A stretch of DNA of 64,000 nucleotides, taken from contig CBDDBZ010000037.1 of NCBI GenBank assembly GCA_965225945.1, forward strand, positions 1-64,000, read 5' to 3'. Positions within the stretch are counted from its first letter, which is position 1. Every line of letters starts with the position of its first letter. The notes below the pieces were generated by a model. That model saw nothing but the letters and a program-made list of their open reading frames with translations, was not told the DNA's origin and did no database searches. Positions 41,633 to 51,651 of the stretch are shown here, piece by piece. Made by a program: the position numbers and the translations under genes. Source of the stretch: Alphaproteobacteria bacterium (GTDB taxonomy: Bacteria; Pseudomonadota; Alphaproteobacteria; GCA-2731375).

Positions 41633-43374
41633 ATGTCCGATTGTCACACGCTCGTACCGTTCGCCGCCGCCGACATCGCCGTGGAGCCCCTGTCGCGGCT
41701 GCTCGGTGTCGCCCAGGACCACCTGTATCTCTGGGATCTGCGTAGCGACCGATCTACTCGACCGATCGCCAATCTTGGTCGCGGCCCTGGCCCGCCGTCT
41801 TCGGCGAGGCCCTCACGGGTGACCTGATGCTGCTGGGGCGCGCCCTTCAAGCTCGTATCGCCGTGGACCACGCGCCGGCCCGGGCGCTGGCCATCGAGGC
41901 CTTGACCACCGTGGGAACGCCGCTGGAATGTACCTACAAGATCCGCCGAACCGATGGGCTGCTCGAGTGGATCGAGGAGACCGCGATCTCGGCGCCCCGG
42001 CCCGGCGACGGCGCCCCCCGCGTCCTGGGCACGTTTCGCATCGTCACCGAGGCCAAGGAGCGTGAGGAACGGCTCCGCCGCGCGGCCGACCATGATCGAC
42101 TGACCGGTCTCTTCAATCGCGAGCGGCTGGCCGCCCTGATGGAGGAGATGCTGGTCGGCTGCCGCCGCGAAGGGCAGCGTTGCGGATTCCTCGTCGTCAA
42201 TATCGACAACCTCGGGATCCTGAACGAGGCGCATGGTTTCGCCGTGGTCGACGAGGTGATTCAAGGCGTGGCGCGCTGCGTCGAGCGTCAGATCGCCCCG
42301 GACGCGATTCTGGGTCGGCTCGGCGGCAACCAGTTCGGCGTGATTCTACCGGACAGCGATGCGAGCCAAACGGCCGGCGCCGCCGAGACCATCCGCAGCG
42401 CCGTTAGAGCCAGCATCTTCCTGGGCGGGACCGGCCCGCTCTCGGTCACCGTTTCGCTCGGCGGCGTCATCGCCCCCGATTGCGCCAACGACGTCGCCTC
42501 GATGCTCGGTCACGCCGAGGAGGCGCTCGCCCGCGCCAAGATCGGCGGGCGGGATCGCTATGTCGAGCACTATCACTCGCCCGAACAGGCTTCGGAGCGG
42601 CGGCGCTCGATGGTGATGGGGGACATGGTGCTCAACGCCCTGAAGGGACACCGCCTCCGCCTCGCCCTGCAGCCGATCGTGCGGGCCGACGACGGCACCG
42701 TCGCCTTCCATGAGGCCTTGCTCAGAATGGAAGGCGACGGCGGCGACCTGCTGCCGGCCTCCGCCTTCATGACCGTCGTCGAGCGTCTGGGCCTCGTCCG
42801 CCTGCTCGACCGCCATGCCTTCGAGCTGGGCATCGATGTCTTGCATGCCTCGCCCGAGCTCAATCTGGCGGTGAATATTTCCGGCGGCACGGCGGCGGAC
42901 GGCACCGCCTTCGCGCAATTGCTGTCCGCGCTCCAGGCCAACTCCGAAGTCGCGGATCGCCTGACCATCGAGATCACGGAAACCGTCGCGATGCAGGACA
43001 CGCACGAGATCGCCTGGTTCATCGACGGCTTCCGCGAGCTCGGCTGTCGCGTCGCGCTCGACGACTTCGGCGCCGGCTACACCTCGTTCCGCCACTTGAA
43101 GAACTTGGCGGTGGACCTGGTCAAGATCGACGGACAGTTCGTCCGCGACATCTCCAAGCGGGCGGATAATCATCTCTTCGTCAAGGCGATTTCGGAGTTG
43201 GCGCGGGGTCTGGGCGTGGAGACGGTCGCGGAATGCGTGGAGAGCGAGGCCGACGCGGCGACGCTCCGGCGCCACGGCGTCGATTACCTTCAGGGTTACT
43301 TCTTCGGCCAGCCCGTATTGGTCGAAACGCCGCCCAGCGACGCGCGGCCGACCCCCCTGGTCACCGTCGCCTAG
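41633..43374 (+). pseudogene. PAS-GGDEF(degenerate)-EAL phosphodiesterase, frameshifted near the N-terminus
   Basis: YLWDLRSDR then frame change to WSRPWPAVFG...; GGNQF; HEALLR; DDFGAGYTS; break coincides with the 30-bp repeat at 41751-41780. Confidence 0.8.
41751..41780. repeat. 30-bp direct repeat of upstream 41583-41612
   Basis: GATCTACTCGACCGATCGCCAATCTTGGTC x2. Confidence 0.9.
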
Positions 43375-43493
43375 CGCGGACTCCACCCGCCGAGCCGCCT
43401 CGAGGGTGGAGTTGGCCGAATCAATCCGGGGAAAAGGCTACCGAGGCGAAGGCCCGAGGGACTTTTCCCCGATCGACTCGGTATGCTCGGAGC

Positions 43494-43847
43494 ATGGAAT
43501 TTCTGGGTTTCGCATATGCCGAGCTGGCGCTGGGCGGGAGCCTCGTCGCGGCCGTGATCGGCCTCGCCTATTCGCTCGTCGACGCCGTGGCGAAGTCCAA
43601 ACGGGACGGCAAGGCGACATGGCAGCCGCTGCCCTTTGCCTTCGGCTTCGCGATCGTCTGGCCGGCGCTGCTCTGCCTGTTCCCGTTCTTCATCTTCGAC
43701 AATTTGGTGGCGCGGGCGGCCAGGGCCGAGCGAGCCTGGGCGGCCCGCCTGATGGACGCGCCTTGGTATCAGCACGCCGGGCGTCTGGTTCTGAGCTTCA
43801 GCTTCGGCATCATGGGCTGCTACGTCCTGGGTTTTTTCTTCTTGTAG
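43494..43847 (+). CDS. Small membrane protein (about 3 TM)
   Basis: Three hydrophobic segments; GGAG just upstream of ATG. Confidence 0.6.
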   Translation: MEFLGFAYAELALGGSLVAAVIGLAYSLVDAVAKSKRDGKATWQPLPFAFGFAIVWPALLCLFPFFIFDNLVARAARAERAWAARLMDAPWYQHAGRLVLSFSFGIMGCYVLGFFFL

Positions 43848-43961
43848 ACGGCAATGCCCGCGTCGGCCCCGCCGTGGGGCACGATCGTCTCGGCGGTGCT
43901 CATGATCTCACCTCCTCGCTGTCGTGGCCACGGGTTGGCACGGTAGCGATATCGCGACGCC

Positions 43962-45737
43962 TCAGGCGTCCAGGCCGGCTTTGCGCAGGCCCTCGACAAC
44001 ATAATCGAGATGCGCGGGATCGCGGAACGGCAAGATCTGGCGCACATGCTCGGCGTCGAGGCCCGGCTTGAGGCGCAGCACGTCGGCGAGCGCGTCCCGC
44101 GCTTGCGCCACGTTTCCGAGGTGTCCCAGAGCCGAGGCGAGGATGCCATAGGCGGTCCAGGCCGCCGTCGGCTGACGCACGGCCTCGCGCGCGGTCGCCG
44201 CCGCCTCCTCGAGCCGCCTCGCGCCGAGAAACGCGAACGCTTTCACGATCAAGAACAGCCACAGCAGCGGATCGTGAGGGCTCAGGCGAACGGCCAGATC
44301 GCAGCATTCGATGGTGCGATCCCACAGGCCGGCGAAGACCAACGCCGTGCCCAGCCCCAGGTGGGCATGCGCGAAGTTCGGATTGAGGGCGATTGCCGCC
44401 TCGAGTTCGGCAATCGAGGTGTCGAGATCATGTCTCAAATAAAGGATTCGCCCGAGCGCGAAATGCGCGTCGGCGTCGCGCCCGTCCGCCGCGACCGCGG
44501 CGCGCCCCGCGTCGTAAGCCTCGACCAGCGTCGCCGGCCGATCTTCCGCGTAGCCGTGCATGAACGAGAAGTAAAGCGCGTGCGCCACGCCCGAGTGGGC
44601 CGGCGCGAAGTTCGGCGCGGCGGCCACCGCGCGCTTGAACAGCCGTTGCGCCGCCGCGTTATCCTCCCGGTTGAAGCGATAGAGGTGCCAGAGGCCGCGC
44701 TGATAGCTCTCCCAGACGTCGAGGTTCTCGGGCGCCAGCCGTTGCGCCCGGTCGCGCTCCGCCTGGTCGATCTCGGGCCCGATCGCGGCGGTGATCGCCT
44801 GGGTGATCTCGTCCTGAAGGGCGAAGATATCGTCGAGCTCGCGGTCGTAACGCTCGGCCCAGATGTGGTTGCCGCTCGCGCCCTCGATCAGCTGCGCCGT
44901 CACCCGGATACGCGGCCCGCCCTTGCGCACGCTCCCCTCCAGCACGTAGCGGACGCCGAGATCGCGCGACAGCTCGCGCAGGTCCGGCGAGCGGCCCTTG
45001 TAGGCGAAGGTCGAATTGCGCGCGATCACGAACAGCGAGCGATGGCGCGACAGGCTGGTGATGATGTCTTCCGCCATGCCGTCGGCGAAGAACTCCTGCT
45101 CGACGTCCCCCGACATGTTCTGAAACGGCAGCACGGCGATGGAGGGTTTGTCGGGAAGAGCCGGCGGCGTCGCCTCGGGCGCGGCAATTTTCGCGGCCGA
45201 GCCCTCGGGTCCCCACGACACGCGATAGGCCGACACCGGGCGATCGATGTTCTTGATCGACTGCGGGCCCATGTCCTCGAATTCGACATCCATGGCATTC
45301 GCGACATGTTCGTGGACGTTGCCGGAGACGCAGATCCCGCCCGGCTCGGCGAGCGTCTCCATCCGCGCAGCGACGTTGACGCCGTTGCCGTAGAGGTCGT
45401 CGCCCTCGACGATGACGTCGCCGAGGCTGATGCCCATGCGGAGCACGAAGCGGCCCTCCTCGGCCAGGCCGGCGTTGTGGCGGGCGAGCGCGCCTTGGAT
45501 CTCGGTCGCGCACTGCACGGCGTCGACGGCGCTCGGAAACTCGGCGAGCGCGCCATCGCCGGTGTTCTTGAAGATCCGGCCGCCGAACCGTTCCGTGATC
45601 GGATCGAAGATCTCCCGGCGCAGGGACTTCAAGCGGGCCAACGTGCCGGCCTCGTCCGCGTCCATCATGCGGCTGTAGCCGACGACGTCGGCGGCGACGA
45701 TCGCCGCGAGACGACGGGTGAGGCGCTGCTCGGCCAT
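43962..45737 (-). CDS. Class III adenylate/guanylate cyclase-TolB-like-TPR protein
   Basis: RRLAAIVAADVVGYS, KNTGDG, GNGVNVAARM, PDKPSIAVLPF, TPRs, GLRKAGL. Confidence 0.95.
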   Translation of the reverse strand: MAEQRLTRRLAAIVAADVVGYSRMMDADEAGTLARLKSLRREIFDPITERFGGRIFKNTGDGALAEFPSAVDAVQCATEIQGALARHNAGLAEEGRFVLRMGISLGDVIVEGDDLYGNGVNVAARMETLAEPGGICVSGNVHEHVANAMDVEFEDMGPQSIKNIDRPVSAYRVSWGPEGSAAKIAAPEATPPALPDKPSIAVLPFQNMSGDVEQEFFADGMAEDIITSLSRHRSLFVIARNSTFAYKGRSPDLRELSRDLGVRYVLEGSVRKGGPRIRVTAQLIEGASGNHIWAERYDRELDDIFALQDEITQAITAAIGPEIDQAERDRAQRLAPENLDVWESYQRGLWHLYRFNREDNAAAQRLFKRAVAAAPNFAPAHSGVAHALYFSFMHGYAEDRPATLVEAYDAGRAAVAADGRDADAHFALGRILYLRHDLDTSIAELEAAIALNPNFAHAHLGLGTALVFAGLWDRTIECCDLAVRLSPHDPLLWLFLIVKAFAFLGARRLEEAAATAREAVRQPTAAWTAYGILASALGHLGNVAQARDALADVLRLKPGLDAEHVRQILPFRDPAHLDYVVEGLRKAGLDA

Positions 45738-45979
45738 CGGGGAGGATCTCTTCGAAACCGGTCGCCGGATTGTAGGGGCGGCCGCTGCGAAGTGTCCAGC
45801 GACACGCGACCCTGGCCTCGTGCGGCCCTTGGATGGCGAAGCGCCCAACTGCGAACTGTTGGCGTAGGAACGGCACGAGGGCGCGCCGAACCCGACGCGC
45901 CCTCGTCAATCCCCCGTCGCCAGCCTCTTGGAGTGAACCGGCGACGCGGTGGCGATTGCCACCAACTAGGCTAAACGAG

Positions 45980-46198
45980 TTAGCTGTAGTTGGTAGCCAG
46001 CTTCGTCTGAATCGCCGTGAACAAGTTGTCCAGCTCGTCACCGATGGCGAACACCGCCGCGATGATGGCGACGGCGATACCGGCGGCGATCAAACCGTAC
46101 TCGATCGCGGTTGCGCCCGAATCGTCCGACACGTACTTGCCAAGCTTGCGCTTCAAGACGTGCGCGGTCGATTGAGCTTTCGTAATGAGCCTCAACAT
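45980..46198 (-). CDS. Flp family type IVb pilin
   Basis: DDSGATAIEYGLIAAGIAVAII; AGGA upstream of ATG. Confidence 0.9.
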   Translation of the reverse strand: MLRLITKAQSTAHVLKRKLGKYVSDDSGATAIEYGLIAAGIAVAIIAAVFAIGDELDNLFTAIQTKLATNYS

Positions 46199-46419
46199 GA
46201 GGATTCTCCTTAGGTATCCACGCCTAGCAGCAGTACAACACTCGCTTTTCGTCGTCCAAGGGTCGGCCACCACGTAAAGGTCCGACCACAGCTTGGGATC
46301 GACTGACCCTAATATAGCCTACGGGGACCCGAAATGACAAGTGATACCCATCACTGGGGCAGAGGTGCCGATCGATCGCCGGCATGATCGTGTCCCGGGA
46401 AGTGGTGTAAGAGGCGGCT

Positions 46420-46655
46420 GGATGGCGGCCCGGGCCATCGGACAGCGGGTGCGAAAGCGGCAGCCCGACGGCAGATCGCCGGGATCGGGTGGCTCGCCCT
46501 CGAGCCAGAAGTCGTCGGTAACGCGCCGGCCGCCGATTTCGGGAATCGCCGACGGCAATGAACGGGTATAGGGATGGCGGGGATGGTCGAAGAGAGTCTT
46601 GGTGTCGCCGAACTCGACGATATTGCCGAGATACCTAACCGCCGTCCGATCGCAA
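46420..46655 (-). pseudogene. Oligopeptide ABC ATPase C-terminal fragment
   Basis: DRTAVRYLGNIVE..PRHPYT..LEGEPPDP..PSGCRFRTRCP. Confidence 0.75.
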
Positions 46656-46932
46656 CATTCTCCCCGCCGGTATGCGTTTCCGGCTCCGGTCCGGCCCTGG
46701 CGAATGCCCGGCCACCCCTGTTCCGGATTGGTGTTGACGGCCATGGCGACCGTGGTCAATGGTTTGTTCAAGCGGTCGAAATTCGTTCAGATGGATGAAC
46801 GCATCGGTCGAATCGGCGGAGCTGTCGTGGAAAAGCACGAGATCGAGACGACGGACCTGCATAACAAGATCCCCGAGCTTGGCCCCGCGCGGGCATCCTG
46901 AGGCGGGCCGGGCACCGAGAGGGAGGCTGTAG

Positions 46933-47709
46933 GTGGAGATCGCCTTCGAGGGACGAACGGTGCTGGTGAGCGGCGCGGTGCACGGCATCGGTCGCGCCAT
47001 CGCGCATGGCTTCGCCGCCAGAGGCGCCAAGGTCTATGCCGCCGACATCCTGGAGCGGGAACTCGACGACGTCGTCGGCTCGGCCGCGCCCGCGTGCGGG
47101 GGCGAGGTCTTGGCACGCCCCTTGGACGTTACCGATGGCGAGGCGGTCGCCGCTCTCGTCGCCGAGATGGAAGGGGCGGCGGCGAGCGGGCGCATCGACG
47201 TCGTCGTCCATTCCGCCGGCGGCGTGCGCGGGCAGCTCGCCAAGCCGATCGAAGCGGTCGGCGAGGCGGAATGGCGCGAGATCTTCGAGGTCAACGTCAC
47301 CGGTGCGTTCAATCTGGCGCGCGCCGCGACGCCGGGCATGAAACAGAACGGTGGCGGCCGGATCATCGTCATTTCCAGCCGGGCCGGCCTCGGCGTCAGC
47401 CTGACGGGGATCCAAAGCTATGCCATGTCGAAGGCGGGCCAGCTCGGCTTCGTTCGCCAACTGGCGCACGAGCTCGGCCCCTTCGCCATCACCGTCAACG
47501 CCGTCGCTCCCGGTTTTATGCGCACGAATCCCGACTCCGAGCGGCAGTGGCAATCCTATGGCGAGGAAGGCCAGCAGACGATGCTCGAGCAGATCGCCTT
47601 GCGCCGCCTGGGCCAGCCCGAGGACATCGCCCATGCGGTGCTGTTTCTCGCCTCCGACTACGCGGCATGGATCACTGGCCAGACCCTGGCGGTGACGGGC
47701 GGCCCGTGA
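46933..47709 (+). CDS. SDR family oxidoreductase
   Basis: SGAVHGIG, YAMSK, VNAVAPG, ITGQ. Confidence 0.95.
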   Translation: MEIAFEGRTVLVSGAVHGIGRAIAHGFAARGAKVYAADILERELDDVVGSAAPACGGEVLARPLDVTDGEAVAALVAEMEGAAASGRIDVVVHSAGGVRGQLAKPIEAVGEAEWREIFEVNVTGAFNLARAATPGMKQNGGGRIIVISSRAGLGVSLTGIQSYAMSKAGQLGFVRQLAHELGPFAITVNAVAPGFMRTNPDSERQWQSYGEEGQQTMLEQIALRRLGQPEDIAHAVLFLASDYAAWITGQTLAVTGGP

Positions 47710-49808
47710 GCCATGAAGCAAGCCCCGTGACGACTACATCCGGACATGTCCTGGCGCTCGATGTCGGGGGCACCTTCACCGACGTCGTGCTGGTGGATTT
47801 GGCGACGGGGTCGCTGGTCACGGCCAAGGCGAGCTCGGTGCCCGATGATCCCTCCCTCGGCTTCTTCGCCGGGGTCGACAAGATCCTGCGGCAGACCGAG
47901 GTTTCGACCAGTGCCATCGACTTGCTGTTTCACGGCTCGACCGTGGTCACCAACGCCATCGTGGAGAACAGGTGTGCAAAGACCGCCATGCTGGTCAGCG
48001 ACGGCTTCAAATACGTGCTCGAGATCGGCCGAGCCGAGGTGCCACGAAAGGCGAACCTCTATGCCTGGGTCAAACCGAAACGCCCGGTGCCGCCCCGGCT
48101 GATCGAGGAGGTGCCCGAACGGGTGCGCCTGGACGGCTCGGTGGCCAGGCCATTGTCGGAGGCGGCCTGCCGCGAGGCCGCCCGGCGGCTGGGCGCGCTC
48201 GGGGTCGAGGCGGTCGCCGTCCTGTTCCTGCACAGCTATGCCAATCCGAGCCATGAGCGTCGCGCGGGCGAGATCCTGCGCCACGAGCTGCCCGGCGTCG
48301 AGATCGCGCTGTCGAGCGAGGTCTTGCCGGTGTTTCGTGAATTCGAGCGCGGCATGGCCACGGCCCTGAACGCCGCCGTCCAACCCCTGGTCGGGCGCTA
48401 CATGGCCAAGCTCATGGCGGGATTGCAGGATCGCGAGATTCGGGCGCCGCTCCGCATCATGAAATCGAACGGCGGGATCTTCTCGCCCGAACAGGCGGCC
48501 CGACAATCGATCCACATGGCGCTCTCGGGGCCCGCCGCCGGAGTCCAGGGCGCCGCCCGTATCGCCGGCCTGGCCGGCTACCCGGATCTCCTGACCATCG
48601 ACATGGGCGGCACCAGCACGGATGTCTGCCTGATCCAAAACGGCAGGCCCAACGTCACCAAGGACGGCGAGATCGGCCCCTTTCCCTTGTCGATCCCGAT
48701 CGTCGATATCCACACCATCGGCGCCGGCGGCGGCAGCATCGCCCAGGTCACGGAACAGGGTGGTCTGGTGGTCGGGCCGGAGAGCGCCGCCGCCGATCCC
48801 GGTCCCGCTTGCTATGATCAAGGCGGCGAGCGGCCGACGGTCACCGACGCCAACTTGGCTCTCGGCCGCATTCCACCGCATCTGCTCGACGGCGAGGTGA
48901 AAATCGACCCGGAACTGGCGATGCGCGCCATCGAGACCCATGTCGCCCGACCGCTCGGCATCAGCGTCGTCCGGGCGGCGCGTGGCATTCTCGCCATCGT
49001 CAACAACAACATGGTCGGCGCCCTGAAGGTGGTGTCGGTCGAGGAGGGCTACGACCCCCGCAATTTCACCCTCTGCGCCTTTGGTGGTGCCGGGCCGATG
49101 CACGGGGCTGAGTTGGCCCGCCTCCTCGGCGCGCCCAGAACCCTGATCCCGCGTCATCCCGGCATCCTCTGCGCCATCGGCCTGCTGAGTGCCGACCTGC
49201 GGTACGACTTCGTCAGAACGCGCATTCAGCGCGCACCCGAGTATGATCTCGCCGACCTGGCGCGGACTTTCGAGGGCCTGATGGGAGAAGCCGAGACACG
49301 CCTGATCGCCGAAGGGGTCGCCGCCGATAGACGGCGCCATGCCTGGTCGGCCGATCTCCGCTATGCCCGACAAGGCGTCGAAATCACCGTTCCCTGGTCA
49401 CACGAGGAGGTCTCGCCGGCGAGCATCGAGCGCCTCGTCGCCGACTTTCACCAGACCCACGAGCGGCTTTACACCTTCGCCGATCGCCAAGCACCCGTCG
49501 AGATCGTCAACCTCAGGGTCACCGCGACCGGGGTCATGGACGAGGTGGCGCTGCCGGAGGCCGAAGCGGTCGCGCCGGGCAGCTTGGCGGCGGCGGACGG
49601 CGAGCGCCTGGTGGTCTTCGAGGACGACAGCCCCAGGCTGGTCCCGACCTATCGGCGCGAGGCGCTATGCGCCGGCCATGTCGTCTCCGGCCCGGCGATC
49701 GTCGATCAGCTCGACGCCACCACCGTGATCCTTCCCGGACAGCGCGGGGATGTCGATTCGGGAGGCAATATTTTCCTCACCGACACGGAGGCCGGCCATG
49801 CGCCTTGA
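47706..49808 (+). CDS. Hydantoinase A/oxoprolinase subunit
   Basis: DVGGTFTD, HGSTVVTN, SGPAAG, DMGGTSTD, GAGGGS, PTVTDA. Confidence 0.95.
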   Translation: MSHEASPVTTTSGHVLALDVGGTFTDVVLVDLATGSLVTAKASSVPDDPSLGFFAGVDKILRQTEVSTSAIDLLFHGSTVVTNAIVENRCAKTAMLVSDGFKYVLEIGRAEVPRKANLYAWVKPKRPVPPRLIEEVPERVRLDGSVARPLSEAACREAARRLGALGVEAVAVLFLHSYANPSHERRAGEILRHELPGVEIALSSEVLPVFREFERGMATALNAAVQPLVGRYMAKLMAGLQDREIRAPLRIMKSNGGIFSPEQAARQSIHMALSGPAAGVQGAARIAGLAGYPDLLTIDMGGTSTDVCLIQNGRPNVTKDGEIGPFPLSIPIVDIHTIGAGGGSIAQVTEQGGLVVGPESAAADPGPACYDQGGERPTVTDANLALGRIPPHLLDGEVKIDPELAMRAIETHVARPLGISVVRAARGILAIVNNNMVGALKVVSVEEGYDPRNFTLCAFGGAGPMHGAELARLLGAPRTLIPRHPGILCAIGLLSADLRYDFVRTRIQRAPEYDLADLARTFEGLMGEAETRLIAEGVAADRRRHAWSADLRYARQGVEITVPWSHEEVSPASIERLVADFHQTHERLYTFADRQAPVEIVNLRVTATGVMDEVALPEAEAVAPGSLAAADGERLVVFEDDSPRLVPTYRREALCAGHVVSGPAIVDQLDATTVILPGQRGDVDSGGNIFLTDTEAGHAP

Positions 49809-51582
49809 GCGGACAGGCGACACGATCACCTTGGAGTTGATCAAGGGGACCCTCAGCGCAGCCCGCGCGGAAATGGAGGCCTTGATCGAGCGCACCGCGA
49901 TGAGTCCCTTCATCCGCGAGAAGAAGGACTATTTCACCGCCTTCCTGGATCGCGACGGCAAGCTCGTCGTCGCCACCTCCCTGACGCTCTCCGGCAATCT
50001 GGTCTCGGGCATCCTCGAGCACTATCCCCGCCAGAGCATGGCCGACGGCGATCTCTACATCTACAACGACGCCTACGGCACCGGCGGTGGCGTCTCGCAT
50101 TTGCCCGACATGGTCTTCGTCGCGCCGGTCTTCCACGACGGCGAGCTCTTCGCCTTCGCCGAGGCCTGGGGACACCTCTGGGATATCGGTGGCATGGTGC
50201 CGGGGAGCATCAGCCCGCAAGCCACCAGCACCTTCCAGGAAGGCATCTTGATACCGCCCGTGAAGGTGCTGGCGGGCGGGGTCCTGAACGAAGAGGTGTT
50301 TCGCATCTTCACGCGCAATTCGCGCTTCCCGGACATGATGCGCGGCGACGTGAAGGCGATCATGGCGGCCTGCCACCTCGGCAAGCGGCGGCTCGAGGAG
50401 ACGGTGGCGCGCTTCGGCGTGGCGGCGGTGGGGGAGGCCTTCGAATTCATGCTGGCGCAATCGGAAGGCGCGCTTCGCGCCGAGATCGAGCGACGGGTTC
50501 CCGATGGCGCCTATGGCTTTCGGGACTTCATCGATTCGGACGCGGTGAGCGAGAATAGCTATTCCGTGCACGTGACACTCGCCAAGTCGGGGGGCAAGGT
50601 CAGCCTCGACTTTACCGAGAGCGACGACCAGGCCGAGGGGCCGATCAACTTCATCATGGACGACAGCGTGCCGAAATACATGCTCGGCCTCTATTTCACC
50701 ATGGCCGACCCGAACGTGCAGATGAACGCCGGTTTCGAGCGCGCCATCGACGAGATCATCACCCGGCCCGGCAGCATCGTCGCACCGATCGAGCCGGCCC
50801 CGATCGGCCTGCGCGCGCATACCCTGATCCGGGTCAACACGGCGCTCCTCGGCGCCTTGGCCCAGGCCACCGGCGGCGAGGCCTCGGCCGCGTCCTCGGT
50901 CTATGTGCTCTACTATCTCAGGAGCCGGAATCGCGCCAGCGCTCGCGTCGAGCTTTGCATCGAAGGCCTCGCCGTCGGCTTCGGCGCCCGCACCCATGCC
51001 GACGGCATCGATGCGGTCTATTACGTGGCGCAGAAGAACTATCCCCTGGAGTTTGCCGAGATCGAGTTCGGCGTCGAGATCGAGGCCTTTCGCATCCACG
51101 CCGATTCCGGCGGACCCGGCCGCTGGCGGGGCGGTTGCGGCATCATCCGCGATGTCCGGGTGTTGAGCGACGCGGCCACGCTCGGCCTCCGGCTCGACAA
51201 CTGCAAGTATCCGGCTTTCGGCGTCAACGGTGGCCGGTCCGGCCGGCCGGGCCGCGTGGTGCTCAACCCGGACACCGCGAGTGCCCGTGAGCTGAAGACC
51301 ATGAGCGACGGCAATAGCCTCGAGAAGGGCGATCTGCTCCGCATCATCACGCCGGGCGGCGGCGGCTGGGGCTCGCCCTTGCAGCGGCCGGCCGAGACCG
51401 TGCTCGAGGATGTGCTGGACGGCTTCATCTCGCCCGAGAGCGCCTTCGACGATTATGGCGTCGTGTTGCGCCGGGACGGCGTATCGGTGGATCTGGCGGC
51501 AACCGAAGATCGCCGCGTCGAGATCGCCGGACCGACCAAGATGTTTCACCGCGGGGCGTATTTCGACCCCGCCGCGTCGTGA
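49798..51582 (+). CDS. Hydantoinase B/oxoprolinase subunit
   Basis: RTAMSPFIRE..D, HLPD, H..DIGG..PGS, SGGPGRWRGG, TPGGGGWG. Confidence 0.95.
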   Translation: MRLERTGDTITLELIKGTLSAARAEMEALIERTAMSPFIREKKDYFTAFLDRDGKLVVATSLTLSGNLVSGILEHYPRQSMADGDLYIYNDAYGTGGGVSHLPDMVFVAPVFHDGELFAFAEAWGHLWDIGGMVPGSISPQATSTFQEGILIPPVKVLAGGVLNEEVFRIFTRNSRFPDMMRGDVKAIMAACHLGKRRLEETVARFGVAAVGEAFEFMLAQSEGALRAEIERRVPDGAYGFRDFIDSDAVSENSYSVHVTLAKSGGKVSLDFTESDDQAEGPINFIMDDSVPKYMLGLYFTMADPNVQMNAGFERAIDEIITRPGSIVAPIEPAPIGLRAHTLIRVNTALLGALAQATGGEASAASSVYVLYYLRSRNRASARVELCIEGLAVGFGARTHADGIDAVYYVAQKNYPLEFAEIEFGVEIEAFRIHADSGGPGRWRGGCGIIRDVRVLSDAATLGLRLDNCKYPAFGVNGGRSGRPGRVVLNPDTASARELKTMSDGNSLEKGDLLRIITPGGGGWGSPLQRPAETVLEDVLDGFISPESAFDDYGVVLRRDGVSVDLAATEDRRVEIAGPTKMFHRGAYFDPAAS

Positions 51583-51651
51583 ATTGCAAAATATTGTCGC
51601 GCGTCAATTCCAGCGTCGGCATCGCCGATGGATAGGCGAAGGAGAGGAGCG

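Noticed and set aside
44010-45974. Long antisense ORFs (also 21614-23173, 47658-49373, 49777-51549, 52839-54578)
   Set aside because: Shadow ORFs typical of high-GC coding DNA opposite well-supported genes.
46290-46335. TGACCCT/GGGGACCC as another RAYT repeat
   Set aside because: Match is too short to distinguish from chance.
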